NCBI GenBank assembly: GCA_038204425.1
Contig: JBBRCZ010000006.1
Span: 32,001-96,000, forward strand
DNA length: 64,000 nucleotides
Direction of reading: 5' to 3'
DNA from: Spirochaetia bacterium
Lineage (GTDB): Bacteria; Spirochaetota; Spirochaetia; DSM-27196; Salinispiraceae
This document shows, piece by piece, positions 49,891-59,024 of this stretch. Each line of letters begins with the position of its first letter. Position 1 is the first letter of the stretch. Below the pieces are notes generated by a model. It was not told where the DNA came from and made no database searches. It worked only from the letters and a program-made list of their open reading frames with translations. Made by a program: the position numbers and the translations under genes.

Positions 49891-51405
49891 ATGGGTCAGT
49901 TATTTTTTGAGCAACTGCGTCTTCGTGCGCAGGCTATCGATAGCGTATTGTGTGTGGGGCTCGACCCACGGTTGCCTGAGGGTTTAAGTGGCGAAGAGAT
50001 AACTGCCGGAATACTTGACCAGAATGCGCGCTTAATTGATGCCACCAAAGAATTTGCTGTAGCCTACAAGCCCAATATTGCTTTTTACGAATGTCACGGC
50101 GAGCCAGGCATGCTGGCCCTGCGCGCTACTCTTGCACGAATTCCGCAGGAAATCCCGATTATTTTGGATGCCAAACGAGGCGACATCGGTCCTACTGCAG
50201 AAGCCTACGCGCATATGGCCTTTGAAGAAGTAAAAGCAGATGCAGTCACTCTCAGCCCCTATATGGGCTGGGATTCTATTGAGCCCTTCCTTAGACACCA
50301 AGACAAGGGCGTTTTTATCCTCTGCAAAACCTCCAATCCCGGCGCCAATGACTTACAGTTATTGGGCTTGGGAAACAGCGTTGAGTCCCTCTATCAGCGC
50401 GTAGCCGACTTAACCGCCTCATGGGGAGCTCAGTGCGGCTTGGTAGTTGCTGGCAATGATGTTTTTGCGCTGCAAACCATTCGAAAACGTCACGACAAAA
50501 TTTGGTTTTTAGCACCGGGAATTGGCACCCAAGGCGGCACCATTACGGAAGCAGTGCAAGCGGGTTTGGCTTCTGATGGCTGGGGTATCCTGCCAGTAGT
50601 TGCCAGAAGTATTGCGCAGGCCAGCGATCCGCGGCAGGCAGCACTCGACCTTGTTCTTGAGTTTAGGCAAGCGCGCGATGCAGTTATGGCAGAACGTAGT
50701 CAAAACTTATCAGAATCGGACCATCACGACCATGGCACCATCAATTGGGGTGTAGAGGCCCGTGCTGGTCGCGGCCGCAATGAGCCCGCTTATGCAGAAC
50801 TTAAAGACAGAGTTTTGCGCGGTATGATTGCCAACGGGTGTTTTAAAACGGGTGAGTTTAAGCTCAAGTCAGGCGAAATATCGCCGTTCTATGTTGATTT
50901 AAGAAGAATTATGTCAGACCCGCAACTAATGCGTGATGTGGGGCTGGCTTATGCCAGCTTACTTGGACCAGGTAGCGCACTTTCTACAGTCAAATTTGCC
51001 AGGATAGCTGGAATCCCTGTTGCCGCTTTGCCACTTGCCACAGCCACCAGTCTTGCAACAGGAGTCCCGATGATCTTTCCTCGTATGCAAGCCAAAACCC
51101 ACGGAACAGGACTCAACGTAGAAGGTGAGTTTATTCCAGGAGAAGAAACTTTGCTCCTGGACGATTTGATAACCACGGGCAAAAGCAAACTCGAAGCGTT
51201 TGAGATCCTTAAACAAGCAGGATTGTCGGTCCGTCACTTAGCGGTTTTGCTCGAACGCGGTTCGCAAGGACGCCGCGACATGGAAGCCGCTGGAATCACG
51301 CTTCATGCCTTTGCTCATATCTCAGAGTTTTTGCCACTCTGCCAAGATATGGGTCTGATTACCGTTGCAGAACGAAAGCATTTGGAAACCTATGCGCTTG
51401 CCTAG
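49891..51405 (+). CDS. pyrF: Bifunctional OMP decarboxylase - orotate phosphoribosyltransferase (PyrF-PyrE fusion)
   Basis: LCVGLDP, YKPN, DAKRGDIG, TSNPG, PGIGTQGG; then FKLKSGEISPFYVDLR, LLDDLITTG. Confidence 0.93.
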   Translation: MGQLFFEQLRLRAQAIDSVLCVGLDPRLPEGLSGEEITAGILDQNARLIDATKEFAVAYKPNIAFYECHGEPGMLALRATLARIPQEIPIILDAKRGDIGPTAEAYAHMAFEEVKADAVTLSPYMGWDSIEPFLRHQDKGVFILCKTSNPGANDLQLLGLGNSVESLYQRVADLTASWGAQCGLVVAGNDVFALQTIRKRHDKIWFLAPGIGTQGGTITEAVQAGLASDGWGILPVVARSIAQASDPRQAALDLVLEFRQARDAVMAERSQNLSESDHHDHGTINWGVEARAGRGRNEPAYAELKDRVLRGMIANGCFKTGEFKLKSGEISPFYVDLRRIMSDPQLMRDVGLAYASLLGPGSALSTVKFARIAGIPVAALPLATATSLATGVPMIFPRMQAKTHGTGLNVEGEFIPGEETLLLDDLITTGKSKLEAFEILKQAGLSVRHLAVLLERGSQGRRDMEAAGITLHAFAHISEFLPLCQDMGLITVAERKHLETYALA

Positions 51406-51437
51406 AGTTTTAAGTCCAGTACGTGTGGGAGAAAAAA

Positions 51438-52550
51438 ATGACATGGTTTGAAATTTTTTGGGACAGTCTCGAGCGCCCAATTAGACTTGGCAATCAAGTC
51501 TTCGCTTTTTCTTGGTTGTCAATTATCGCAGAGTGGTTGTTGCCGGTAATCGTGCTCCTTTTTGTTTTTTTGTTTATCAACAAACGTATTGCCCGCGGCC
51601 TCAAGGCAAGCGGTCTGAGCGAAGAGCGCAAACCTAAGCTTATTAGAGCGGTAAAAATACTTTTTCGGGTAACCTGGGTTTTGATTTTGGTAGTGCTTTC
51701 GGCTCGGTTTTTGGAGTCAAGTATTCTTGGCTTCTTTACCAACGCTTACGAGATCATCTCTAGTCCATTTTACAAGAGCGCGGACACTCAAATATCAGTT
51801 TTTACACTGCTATTGATGATTCCAGTCTTCTATGGGGCGTACCTTCTCAGCAAGGCATCAAAACTCGCGATAGATCGAAGCAAATATTTTGCGGTCAATC
51901 TTGGCGAAGCCAGAAAAGGGACTATCTCAAATTTGGTGCGTTATGCTGTATTGGTCATTAGTGTTTTGGTTGGACTTTCGGTCTTGGGAGTTAACCTAAG
52001 TTCAATTTCGTTAATTCTGTTTGCACTTTTGGCGGCCTTATGCCTGGGAATGTTGCAAGTCTTGGTAAGCTTTTTTGCAGGCTTGGTCTTGGTCCTCAAT
52101 CGACCCTTTAGGGAAGGCGACTACATTTCGCTAATTCTTGCTGGCAAACAGATTGAAGGAACCGTCTTGCAAGTCCGCATGATTCATACCTTGGTTCAAA
52201 AGAGCGAGTCAGAGACCGTAGTAGTACCCAACTATCAACTCTTGCATCAAGCTGTAAACAATGCCAGCGTTAACCAAGGTAAGGCAGGTTTGAGTTTGAG
52301 TATCTTGATTGAGCACGAAAGCAACATCGCAACGGTTCGTCAGGTCCTGAGTGCCTTGGTTGGAGATTGTCCATTTTGGAACAAGAAAGACGAAGCAACT
52401 GTTCAGGTTGGCGATATTAGGCCAGAAGGCATACGAATTGATCTTTTTTTGCATCTTGAAGCAGCCAGTGATCACAGAAAGGCTCGCGCATGGCTCAACG
52501 AAGAAATTCTCAGCAGTTTTAGCAAAAAAGCAATCAGGCTTGCAAAGTAA
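51438..52550 (+). CDS. MscS-family mechanosensitive channel
   Basis: Extra N-terminal TMs; FFAGLVLVLNRPFREGDYI, VVVPN. Confidence 0.85.
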   Translation: MTWFEIFWDSLERPIRLGNQVFAFSWLSIIAEWLLPVIVLLFVFLFINKRIARGLKASGLSEERKPKLIRAVKILFRVTWVLILVVLSARFLESSILGFFTNAYEIISSPFYKSADTQISVFTLLLMIPVFYGAYLLSKASKLAIDRSKYFAVNLGEARKGTISNLVRYAVLVISVLVGLSVLGVNLSSISLILFALLAALCLGMLQVLVSFFAGLVLVLNRPFREGDYISLILAGKQIEGTVLQVRMIHTLVQKSESETVVVPNYQLLHQAVNNASVNQGKAGLSLSILIEHESNIATVRQVLSALVGDCPFWNKKDEATVQVGDIRPEGIRIDLFLHLEAASDHRKARAWLNEEILSSFSKKAIRLAK

Positions 52551-52561
52551 TATTTGCAAGC
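52538..52561. terminator. Hairpin at the convergent mscS / rrf2 junction
   Basis: GCTTGCAAA-GTAATA-TTTGCAAGC. Confidence 0.55.
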
Positions 52562-52585
52562 TGCTTTATTAAAGCTTCTTTGGTT

Positions 52586-53050
52586 CTATAGCGTGACGTC
52601 AGCGCCAACTAGTAATTCTTGAAGTTTTTTGTCAGTGCTACGGTCAATGATCGATTGCAGAGTGTTTTTGGTAAAGAACGAATTGACGTGGTCATTGGCC
52701 TCAACCCAAATGTCGTGCATAAGACACGAACTTGAGTTCTGACAAACGCTTACGCCCAAATCATCGCAACTTGTGCAAGGCGTAAGTTCTAGCCCTTCTT
52801 CTACCGCGTCAAAAATCATTTTGATGGTGATGGTACTTGGATCCTTGCTTATCAAAAACCCGCCCCCTGGGCCCCTTACGCTGTCGATGATACCCTTCTT
52901 TTTGAGCTTAAAAAAAATCTGTTCTAAAAACTCTGGTGATATCTCTTCTTCGGCGGCTATTATCTTAATTGCCTTTGGTTTGCCGCTTTTATTTAGTGCT
53001 AAGTTAGTGATAGCCAACATAGCGTAGCGTCCTTTGGTTGTAATTCGCAT
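52586..53050 (-). CDS. Rrf2 family regulator (IscR-like, Fe-S ligands present)
   Basis: MRITTKGRYA, FLEQI, SVRGPGGG; PCTSC..CQNSSSCLMH. Confidence 0.9.
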   Translation of the reverse strand: MRITTKGRYAMLAITNLALNKSGKPKAIKIIAAEEEISPEFLEQIFFKLKKKGIIDSVRGPGGGFLISKDPSTITIKMIFDAVEEGLELTPCTSCDDLGVSVCQNSSSCLMHDIWVEANDHVNSFFTKNTLQSIIDRSTDKKLQELLVGADVTL

Positions 53051-53218
53051 AAAGCCGACCTTCTTGTTTCAGTTTTTTTGGAAGTATGAGTGTGTATTTT
53101 AGCATTTTACTCATAATACGAATAGTATCCAGCCAGCGAGCGTTTTAAGTGCCTAGTAAACTGCAAGTCAAAAAAGAACTCTCTATCATGATGAAAAAAA
53201 ATAGGCTACAATAGTCTT

Positions 53219-53629
53219 ATGAAGAAGAATATCTTAACGGTCGAACGAGACACGGCTCTCGGTTCTCACCTCTCTGTCAGAGTTCGGCTTCTAAACGGAG
53301 CCTTGGGGGCTGTGTTGGACTGCTCGGGCTACCTCGACAATGAGAATACCCCAAAATTCTTGATTTTCTGTCGTGAAGTCTTTTTGGAAAAGAAGGTACT
53401 GGGACTTAATCTAGAAAGCCTAAGCTATATTTCTTCTACAGGTGTGGGGGCCTTTAGTTCACTCGGGCTTGAGGCTAGGCACGACCAGAAGCTGTTCTTC
53501 ATAACAGGGGTTCCCGATTCTATAAAAAAAGTACTTTCGGTGCTTGGCTTTAGAGATTTGATCAGAAACATAGACGATATAGAAGACTACGATTTTGGGC
53601 CACATTATGCGGCAAAATACAACCCATAA
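53219..53629 (+). CDS. STAS domain anti-sigma factor antagonist
   Basis: SGYLDNEN, LSYISSTGVGAF, VLGF. Confidence 0.85.
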   Translation: MKKNILTVERDTALGSHLSVRVRLLNGALGAVLDCSGYLDNENTPKFLIFCREVFLEKKVLGLNLESLSYISSTGVGAFSSLGLEARHDQKLFFITGVPDSIKKVLSVLGFRDLIRNIDDIEDYDFGPHYAAKYNP

Positions 53630-53680
53630 GATTGACCCATCTGGCGACATAGAGTAGAACGGTAGACACTCGAGGACGAT

Positions 53681-55180
53681 TTGGAAATTGAGCATAAACA
53701 ACCCAACATTTTTAACTCCCAAGAATCCGAAGCACTGATTGTAGAATTAAAGCAACGCGTCAAAGTCCTTAGTTCATTCATCCATCAATTGTCCTCTCTT
53801 GGCTTCTACGAAAGAAATACAAAAACGGGTGAGCTAACGCTCAATGATTTTTGGTTGTCTTGTGGATACGAGCCAGAAGACATACAAGGTGGCGTTTGGC
53901 TTGAACTAGTCCACCCTGACGATTTTTCTAAGGTCGCACAACTGTACAGTCAGGAACACCACAGTGGCAAGTTTGAGCTAGAGTATCGGGTTAGGGCCAA
54001 AGACGGCAGCTACCGTTGGGTACTCACTAAGGGCAACGTAGTCGGTCGAGATGAGCAAGGCAACCCCAATCATTACATCGGTATAGATGTCGATATGACC
54101 GAACGGCATGAGGCCGAGGAACAACTTCGCAATCAGACAGAAGAGGCCGAACAGCGCGCTTTGGAGTCCGACACCTTACGCATGGTTGGGGCAGTGGTTG
54201 CGGCTCAGATAGAGCCGAGCCAAGCAATAGTTCGTATTCTAGAACAAGCTGTGCAAGTTGTTCCTTATGAATTTGCAACCGTCTACCAGATTCGCAATGG
54301 TTCTTTAGTTGCTGTTGGTAGTGCGGCTTCCGACGGCCCGCGCTATGACCAAACCGAGGTGATAGAGTCGGGCGACAATGGCCCGCATGCCCAAGTGCTT
54401 ATCGACGGCCAAGTACTGGTTTTTAACAAAGTCGACGAGCTTTTTTCCGTTCGCACTGTTCAAAACACTGTCATCAAATCTTGGATGGGTGTGCCGCTTA
54501 TGATTCGAGGTGCCTCAACCGGTATGATGTGTTTTGAAAGCTCGTGGTCGGAGTTTTTTACTGATGTTCATGTGCGAATGGCGCTCGCCTTTGCAGACCA
54601 TGTGGCGGTAGCGATGGAAAATACTCGGCTGTATGAAGAAGTACGAAATCTTGCAATTACCGATGAGCTTACCGGTCTTTTGACGAGACGATGGATACAA
54701 GATTTTTCGGGGCGACTGTTAGAACAGGCCTACCGTAGTGCCAAAGACCTTAGTGTGCTCATGATTGATGTAGACCATTTTAAATCAGTAAATGACAACC
54801 TCGGCCACCAGTCTGGTGATGCAGTGCTCAAGACGGTTGCTACTATTTGCGCTAGCGCGCTACGCGCCGGTGATGTACTGTGCCGTTATGGTGGCGAAGA
54901 GTTCCTTGCAATCATGCCCAACACCAAACCAGATGCAGCTTTTCAAGTTGCTGAGCGTCTGCGTGAGTCGGTAATGCAAACTGAACTTGACGGCTATGCA
55001 CGACAAGTCACTATCTCGATCGGTGTAAGTTCATTAGGAGATCGAACCGTAGAAGGCTTAGCTGTCCTAATTGGGGAGGCTGACGCCGCGCTCTATCAAG
55101 CAAAACGACAAGGTCGTAACAGAACCGTGCAGTCCACCGGTGATCAACCGCGCAAGACTTTTCGCAAAATATCCATATAA
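53681..55180 (+). CDS. PAS-GAF-GGDEF diguanylate cyclase
   Basis: VHPDD..EYRVRAKDGSYRWV (PAS), SWMGVPL (GAF), DVDHFKSVND, I-site RAGD, RYGGEEF. Confidence 0.93.
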   Translation: MEIEHKQPNIFNSQESEALIVELKQRVKVLSSFIHQLSSLGFYERNTKTGELTLNDFWLSCGYEPEDIQGGVWLELVHPDDFSKVAQLYSQEHHSGKFELEYRVRAKDGSYRWVLTKGNVVGRDEQGNPNHYIGIDVDMTERHEAEEQLRNQTEEAEQRALESDTLRMVGAVVAAQIEPSQAIVRILEQAVQVVPYEFATVYQIRNGSLVAVGSAASDGPRYDQTEVIESGDNGPHAQVLIDGQVLVFNKVDELFSVRTVQNTVIKSWMGVPLMIRGASTGMMCFESSWSEFFTDVHVRMALAFADHVAVAMENTRLYEEVRNLAITDELTGLLTRRWIQDFSGRLLEQAYRSAKDLSVLMIDVDHFKSVNDNLGHQSGDAVLKTVATICASALRAGDVLCRYGGEEFLAIMPNTKPDAAFQVAERLRESVMQTELDGYARQVTISIGVSSLGDRTVEGLAVLIGEADAALYQAKRQGRNRTVQSTGDQPRKTFRKISI

Positions 55181-56043
55181 CTAACTACGCCGATAATTTT
55201 TTGGCCATCGAGTACCGGGATTTGCCGTTTGCGAGTTTTGGTAAACGTAAATACTGCTTCAACTATCGATGTTTGACTGGTAAAACTATTGGTGGGCACA
55301 TCCATAATTTCATTGGCAAGTATTTTTTCCTCTTTGGCCAACAGTTCTTCCATTGGTTCAAAAGTCTTTAGAAAATTTATATTGCCAATCATTTGAGCGT
55401 AGTTGGGAATGCCAAGGTTGAGAATCTCAAGTACTGTAATCTCGCCTTGAAAAACATTGTCGTTTCCAATTACGGGTACAAAGCTGATGGACTTTTCGGC
55501 CATTAGGTCAATCACCTGTTTGATTGGGGTATCTGGGGTGACTGAATACATTTCATGAGTCATAATCTGCTCTATAGTTAGTTCTGTCTTTACTTCAATA
55601 TTTTGGCTCTGGATGCTGCTAATTACTTCTTGCGCACTGGAAAGTAGACCGAGACTTTCAAAAACTGCCGTATTCTTTGAAAGTTTGACAAAAGAGGCCA
55701 AGCAGTTGAGGTAGAGGTTGGAAGTTGTCTTTGACGTTAGAATGAGGACTACCATGCGAATTAAGACACCATTATCCATAAAGGGTGCAGCAGGTATGGC
55801 AATGCCGATCAATATATCGTTAAACAAATCAATACGAGCATGCGGAATAGCGATGCCAGTAGCAAAGGTGGTTCCACCCAGTGTCTCGCGTTCAGCAATT
55901 GCGGCCGTGAGGTCTTGGTGAGGGATCTGAAAATGGTAACGAGCAAACATTTCGCCCAAAAGCAAGCTAGTAAGTTCAGTTCTACTTTCTGACTTGACCT
56001 TGACTTTGATATACTCTGGATCCAGAAGACTGGATAGTTGCAT
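55144..56043 (-). CDS. PTS EIIA (Ntr/Fru-type) - CBS pair fusion protein
   Basis: ERETLGGT..GIAIPHAR (phospho-His), C-terminal tandem CBS domains; start ATG 56043 after GGAGGA. Confidence 0.85.
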   Translation of the reverse strand: MQLSSLLDPEYIKVKVKSESRTELTSLLLGEMFARYHFQIPHQDLTAAIAERETLGGTTFATGIAIPHARIDLFNDILIGIAIPAAPFMDNGVLIRMVVLILTSKTTSNLYLNCLASFVKLSKNTAVFESLGLLSSAQEVISSIQSQNIEVKTELTIEQIMTHEMYSVTPDTPIKQVIDLMAEKSISFVPVIGNDNVFQGEITVLEILNLGIPNYAQMIGNINFLKTFEPMEELLAKEEKILANEIMDVPTNSFTSQTSIVEAVFTFTKTRKRQIPVLDGQKIIGVVSYMDILRKVLRG

Positions 56044-56171
56044 GGATTCCTCCGCAATTATTGTAGGCATGGGAAGGTTCAATCAGTCAACACATTGCTT
56101 AACAAATTGCTCCAATAGAAGCTGATTTGTCATAGTATCTTAACAATCTCCAATGCAGTTTTAATTTACTC

Positions 56172-56200
56172 TTGCCTAAGAAAACCCAAATCAATACAGT
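56172..56200 (+). promoter_or_regulatory. sigma70-like promoter, probably leaderless, for the MalY-like gene
   Basis: TTGCCT-N17-TACAGT-N6-GTG. Confidence 0.55.
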
Positions 56201-56206
56201 CCTAGT

Positions 56207-57397
56207 GTGAAACAATACATAAGTCAGGACTTTGATAGACGAGCTCTGGGTGGCATGAAATGGCACTTGTCCCGAGAACAAGAATTGCCCCTATGGGTCG
56301 CGGATATGGATTTTAAGGTGCCTCCAACAGTTGTGAGCGGACTTCAAAAGCGAGTTGCAGGGGCTTTCTATCCCTATACCTATGCATGGCCTAGCATACG
56401 CGAAGCCTTTGCTAGCTGGTGCAAAACCAATCAAAAGTGGGACCCTTTACAAGGGGATTTCTTGCTCGCACCAGGTCTCTTGACGGCGCTTATGGCAGCT
56501 CTTCAGGCTTACACAGCCGTAGGCGAAGGAGTCATCGTACAGGCGCCAGTATACGGGCCATTTTTTTCTATTCCCAAGCGATTAGGGCGCACGCTCATGG
56601 TCAACCAGCTCCTGGCTTCTGAAACACAAGCGCACGGCCAATTTAGCTATCAAATTGATTTTGAAGACTTTGAAAAGCACTGCCGAGCTGGCGCTAAAGC
56701 TTTTGTACTGTGCTCACCACACAACCCGGTTGGCCGGGTCTGGACACAAAGCGAGCTGCAAACTCTGGGTGAGCTCTGTAGGCGTTATAAACTGTGGCTG
56801 ATTGTGGATGAGATCCATGCCGACATGATTGCCGAAGGCCAGCAATTTGTTGCAAGCGCCCACATGCTCGCAGAGGGTCTGTTTGACGCCCAACGAACCT
56901 TGGTTCTCCAGGCTCCTTCCAAAACTTTTAACATACCAGGCATCGGTTGCGGTTTGGCTTGGTCTTTGGCGATGGAGCCTGTGCGAGAACTTAGGGCTTG
57001 CCTTTCGGACTTGTCGATGGGCTCGATCAACATTCTTGCTATGAATGCCTGCGAAAACGCCTATCTCAATGGACAAGCTTGGTTTGATGAAGTCAAACAA
57101 GTGGTGGACCAAAATGCAAATATGCTTTCTGCTCATCAGCTTGAGGCTTGGCCCAATCTGCGTATAGCTCATCGAGAAGGTAGTTTTTTGACTTGGATTG
57201 ATTGTAAGAGACAGATGGAAAAAGTCGGTATGGAAGATGAGCAATGGAACCGTCACATTAGAGAGAAGGCTAAGGTCTTTTTGAGCCCTGGCACGTACTT
57301 TGGTATCGGTGGTGAGGGCCACGTGAGGTTAAATCTGGGCTGTACCGAGGCGAACTTGCTCCAAGCCTTGGCACGCCTCGATCGGGTATTTTCCTAA
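56207..57397 (+). CDS. MalY/PatB family PLP enzyme (cystathionine beta-lyase-like)
   Basis: PLWVADMDF, LCSPHNPVGRVW, DEIH, PSKTFN, RLN. Confidence 0.9.
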   Translation: MKQYISQDFDRRALGGMKWHLSREQELPLWVADMDFKVPPTVVSGLQKRVAGAFYPYTYAWPSIREAFASWCKTNQKWDPLQGDFLLAPGLLTALMAALQAYTAVGEGVIVQAPVYGPFFSIPKRLGRTLMVNQLLASETQAHGQFSYQIDFEDFEKHCRAGAKAFVLCSPHNPVGRVWTQSELQTLGELCRRYKLWLIVDEIHADMIAEGQQFVASAHMLAEGLFDAQRTLVLQAPSKTFNIPGIGCGLAWSLAMEPVRELRACLSDLSMGSINILAMNACENAYLNGQAWFDEVKQVVDQNANMLSAHQLEAWPNLRIAHREGSFLTWIDCKRQMEKVGMEDEQWNRHIREKAKVFLSPGTYFGIGGEGHVRLNLGCTEANLLQALARLDRVFS

Positions 57398-57417
57398 AAG
57401 ACAGTGTAAGCGATAGC

Positions 57418-58374
57418 TTAGGTGATGCCTTTTTCAGAAAGCCAACGTTCGGCATCTAGGGCAGCCATGCAACCCGAACCAGCAGCGCTTATGGCCTGTC
57501 TGTACACATGGTCCTTAACATCACCTGCTGCAAAGACACCTTGTAGCGAAGTATGCGTGCTGTCCGCCTTGGTAATAAGATAGCCAGTTTCGTCACAGGA
57601 TAATTGACCCTTGAGAAATGCCGTGTTTGGTTGGTGACCGATCGCAAAAAACAACCCTGACGCTTCAATAAGAACTTCGCGGCCGTCTAGGTTGTTTTTC
57701 GTCTTTACCCCAGTTAGCATTTTTTCTCCGACAGCCTCGGTGGCTTCGGTGTTCCATCGAACTTCAATCTTGCTGTTGGCAAAAGTCCTTTCTTGCATTG
57801 TTTTACTGGCCCTTAAACTGTCTCGGCGCACCAAGAGGATCACTTGGCTGCCAAACTTTGAAAGGTAGTTGGCCTCTTCGCAGGCGGTGTCACCACCACC
57901 AATAACAACAAGAGGCTTGTTGCGAAAAGCGGGCAAGCCACCGTCACAAACAGCACAGGCTGAGATTCCTCGCTGCCAGTATTGGTCTTCGCCTTTAATT
58001 AAGAGCCTTTTTGCCGTAGCTCCCGTCGCAATAATGACTGCGTGCGCAAAGTACTCTCCAGAATCGGCTACTATCTTTTTGGGACTCACGCTTAAGTCCA
58101 CTTCATGAACGGTCTCGGTGAGAACTCTCGTGCCAGATTTGATTGATTGTTCTCGCATTTTTTCCATCAACTCTGGCCCTTGAATGCCATCAGGAAAGCC
58201 GGGAAAGTTCTCTACTTCGGTTGTTGTAGTGAGTTGGCCACCCGCAGCCACACCACCGGCCATAAAGCCCTCAAACATTAAGGGCATGAGTTGGGCCCGC
58301 GCGGCATAGATGCCCGCAGTGTGCGCGGCTGGGCCAGAACCAATGATAATTAGACGCTCAACTTCGTTTGCCAT
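57418..58374 (-). CDS. trxB: Thioredoxin reductase
   Basis: [34 protein letters not shown]. Confidence 0.95.
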   Translation of the reverse strand: MANEVERLIIIGSGPAAHTAGIYAARAQLMPLMFEGFMAGGVAAGGQLTTTTEVENFPGFPDGIQGPELMEKMREQSIKSGTRVLTETVHEVDLSVSPKKIVADSGEYFAHAVIIATGATAKRLLIKGEDQYWQRGISACAVCDGGLPAFRNKPLVVIGGGDTACEEANYLSKFGSQVILLVRRDSLRASKTMQERTFANSKIEVRWNTEATEAVGEKMLTGVKTKNNLDGREVLIEASGLFFAIGHQPNTAFLKGQLSCDETGYLITKADSTHTSLQGVFAAGDVKDHVYRQAISAAGSGCMAALDAERWLSEKGIT

Positions 58375-58465
58375 AAAAAACTCCTGAAACCTTGGTCAGT
58401 TAGAATATGACTGGATTGAATGTTTGTGGCAAGTCAAAACGTGACACGCCCACTATGCAGAAGCA

Positions 58466-58867
58466 TTAATCAGGCTCACCAAACCTTCGGGTAAAGTGGA
58501 TGCTGCGACCACCGTCTTCCCAATGATGCTCGCTGGCAAACTCGTCAAAGATAAAAAACCCATGCCCTCGCTCGCCGCCAATTTTTCTTTCTGCCATTAC
58601 TCGAGCAAGGTCAAACCCTTGTCCGCTGTCGCTTACAACTGCCAGCCAGTGATCATCAAATAGGCGAATATCAATACTAATACACTGCCGTGGGTCAAAT
58701 AAGCCACCGTGTTCAATCGCGTTTTCGACTGCCTCTCTGAAGAGCAGTTCTATAGCGAAGCGGTCGGCACGGTTCTTAATCAAGGACAAATGCTCTTTGA
58801 GCGTAGCAAAGAATGCTTCGGCTTCCATTGAGCTCGCTTGTATGATAAAAGAAATTGCTTGTTCCAT
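58466..58867 (-). CDS. RsbW/SpoIIAB-like anti-sigma Ser/Thr kinase (HATPase_c)
   Basis: EAVENAIEHG, VSDSGQGFD, ERGHG. Confidence 0.8.
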   Translation of the reverse strand: MEQAISFIIQASSMEAEAFFATLKEHLSLIKNRADRFAIELLFREAVENAIEHGGLFDPRQCISIDIRLFDDHWLAVVSDSGQGFDLARVMAERKIGGERGHGFFIFDEFASEHHWEDGGRSIHFTRRFGEPD

Positions 58868-59024
58868 AATTATAGCTAAAAGTATCGTGCACTGCTGTCT
58901 AAACTTCCAGAAAAACGCGTTTAAATTTCACCTATAGACTAAAAAAGTCCAAACCAGACAATGTCTTCCAAACTGTACTTTGTTTACCTTGCAGTCTGGT
59001 GGGTGTCGGGTTAGAATGAACACA

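Noticed and set aside
58444..58453. ACACGCCCAC also found in the leader repeat at 12879-12888
   Set aside because: A single 10-mer recurrence is compatible with chance
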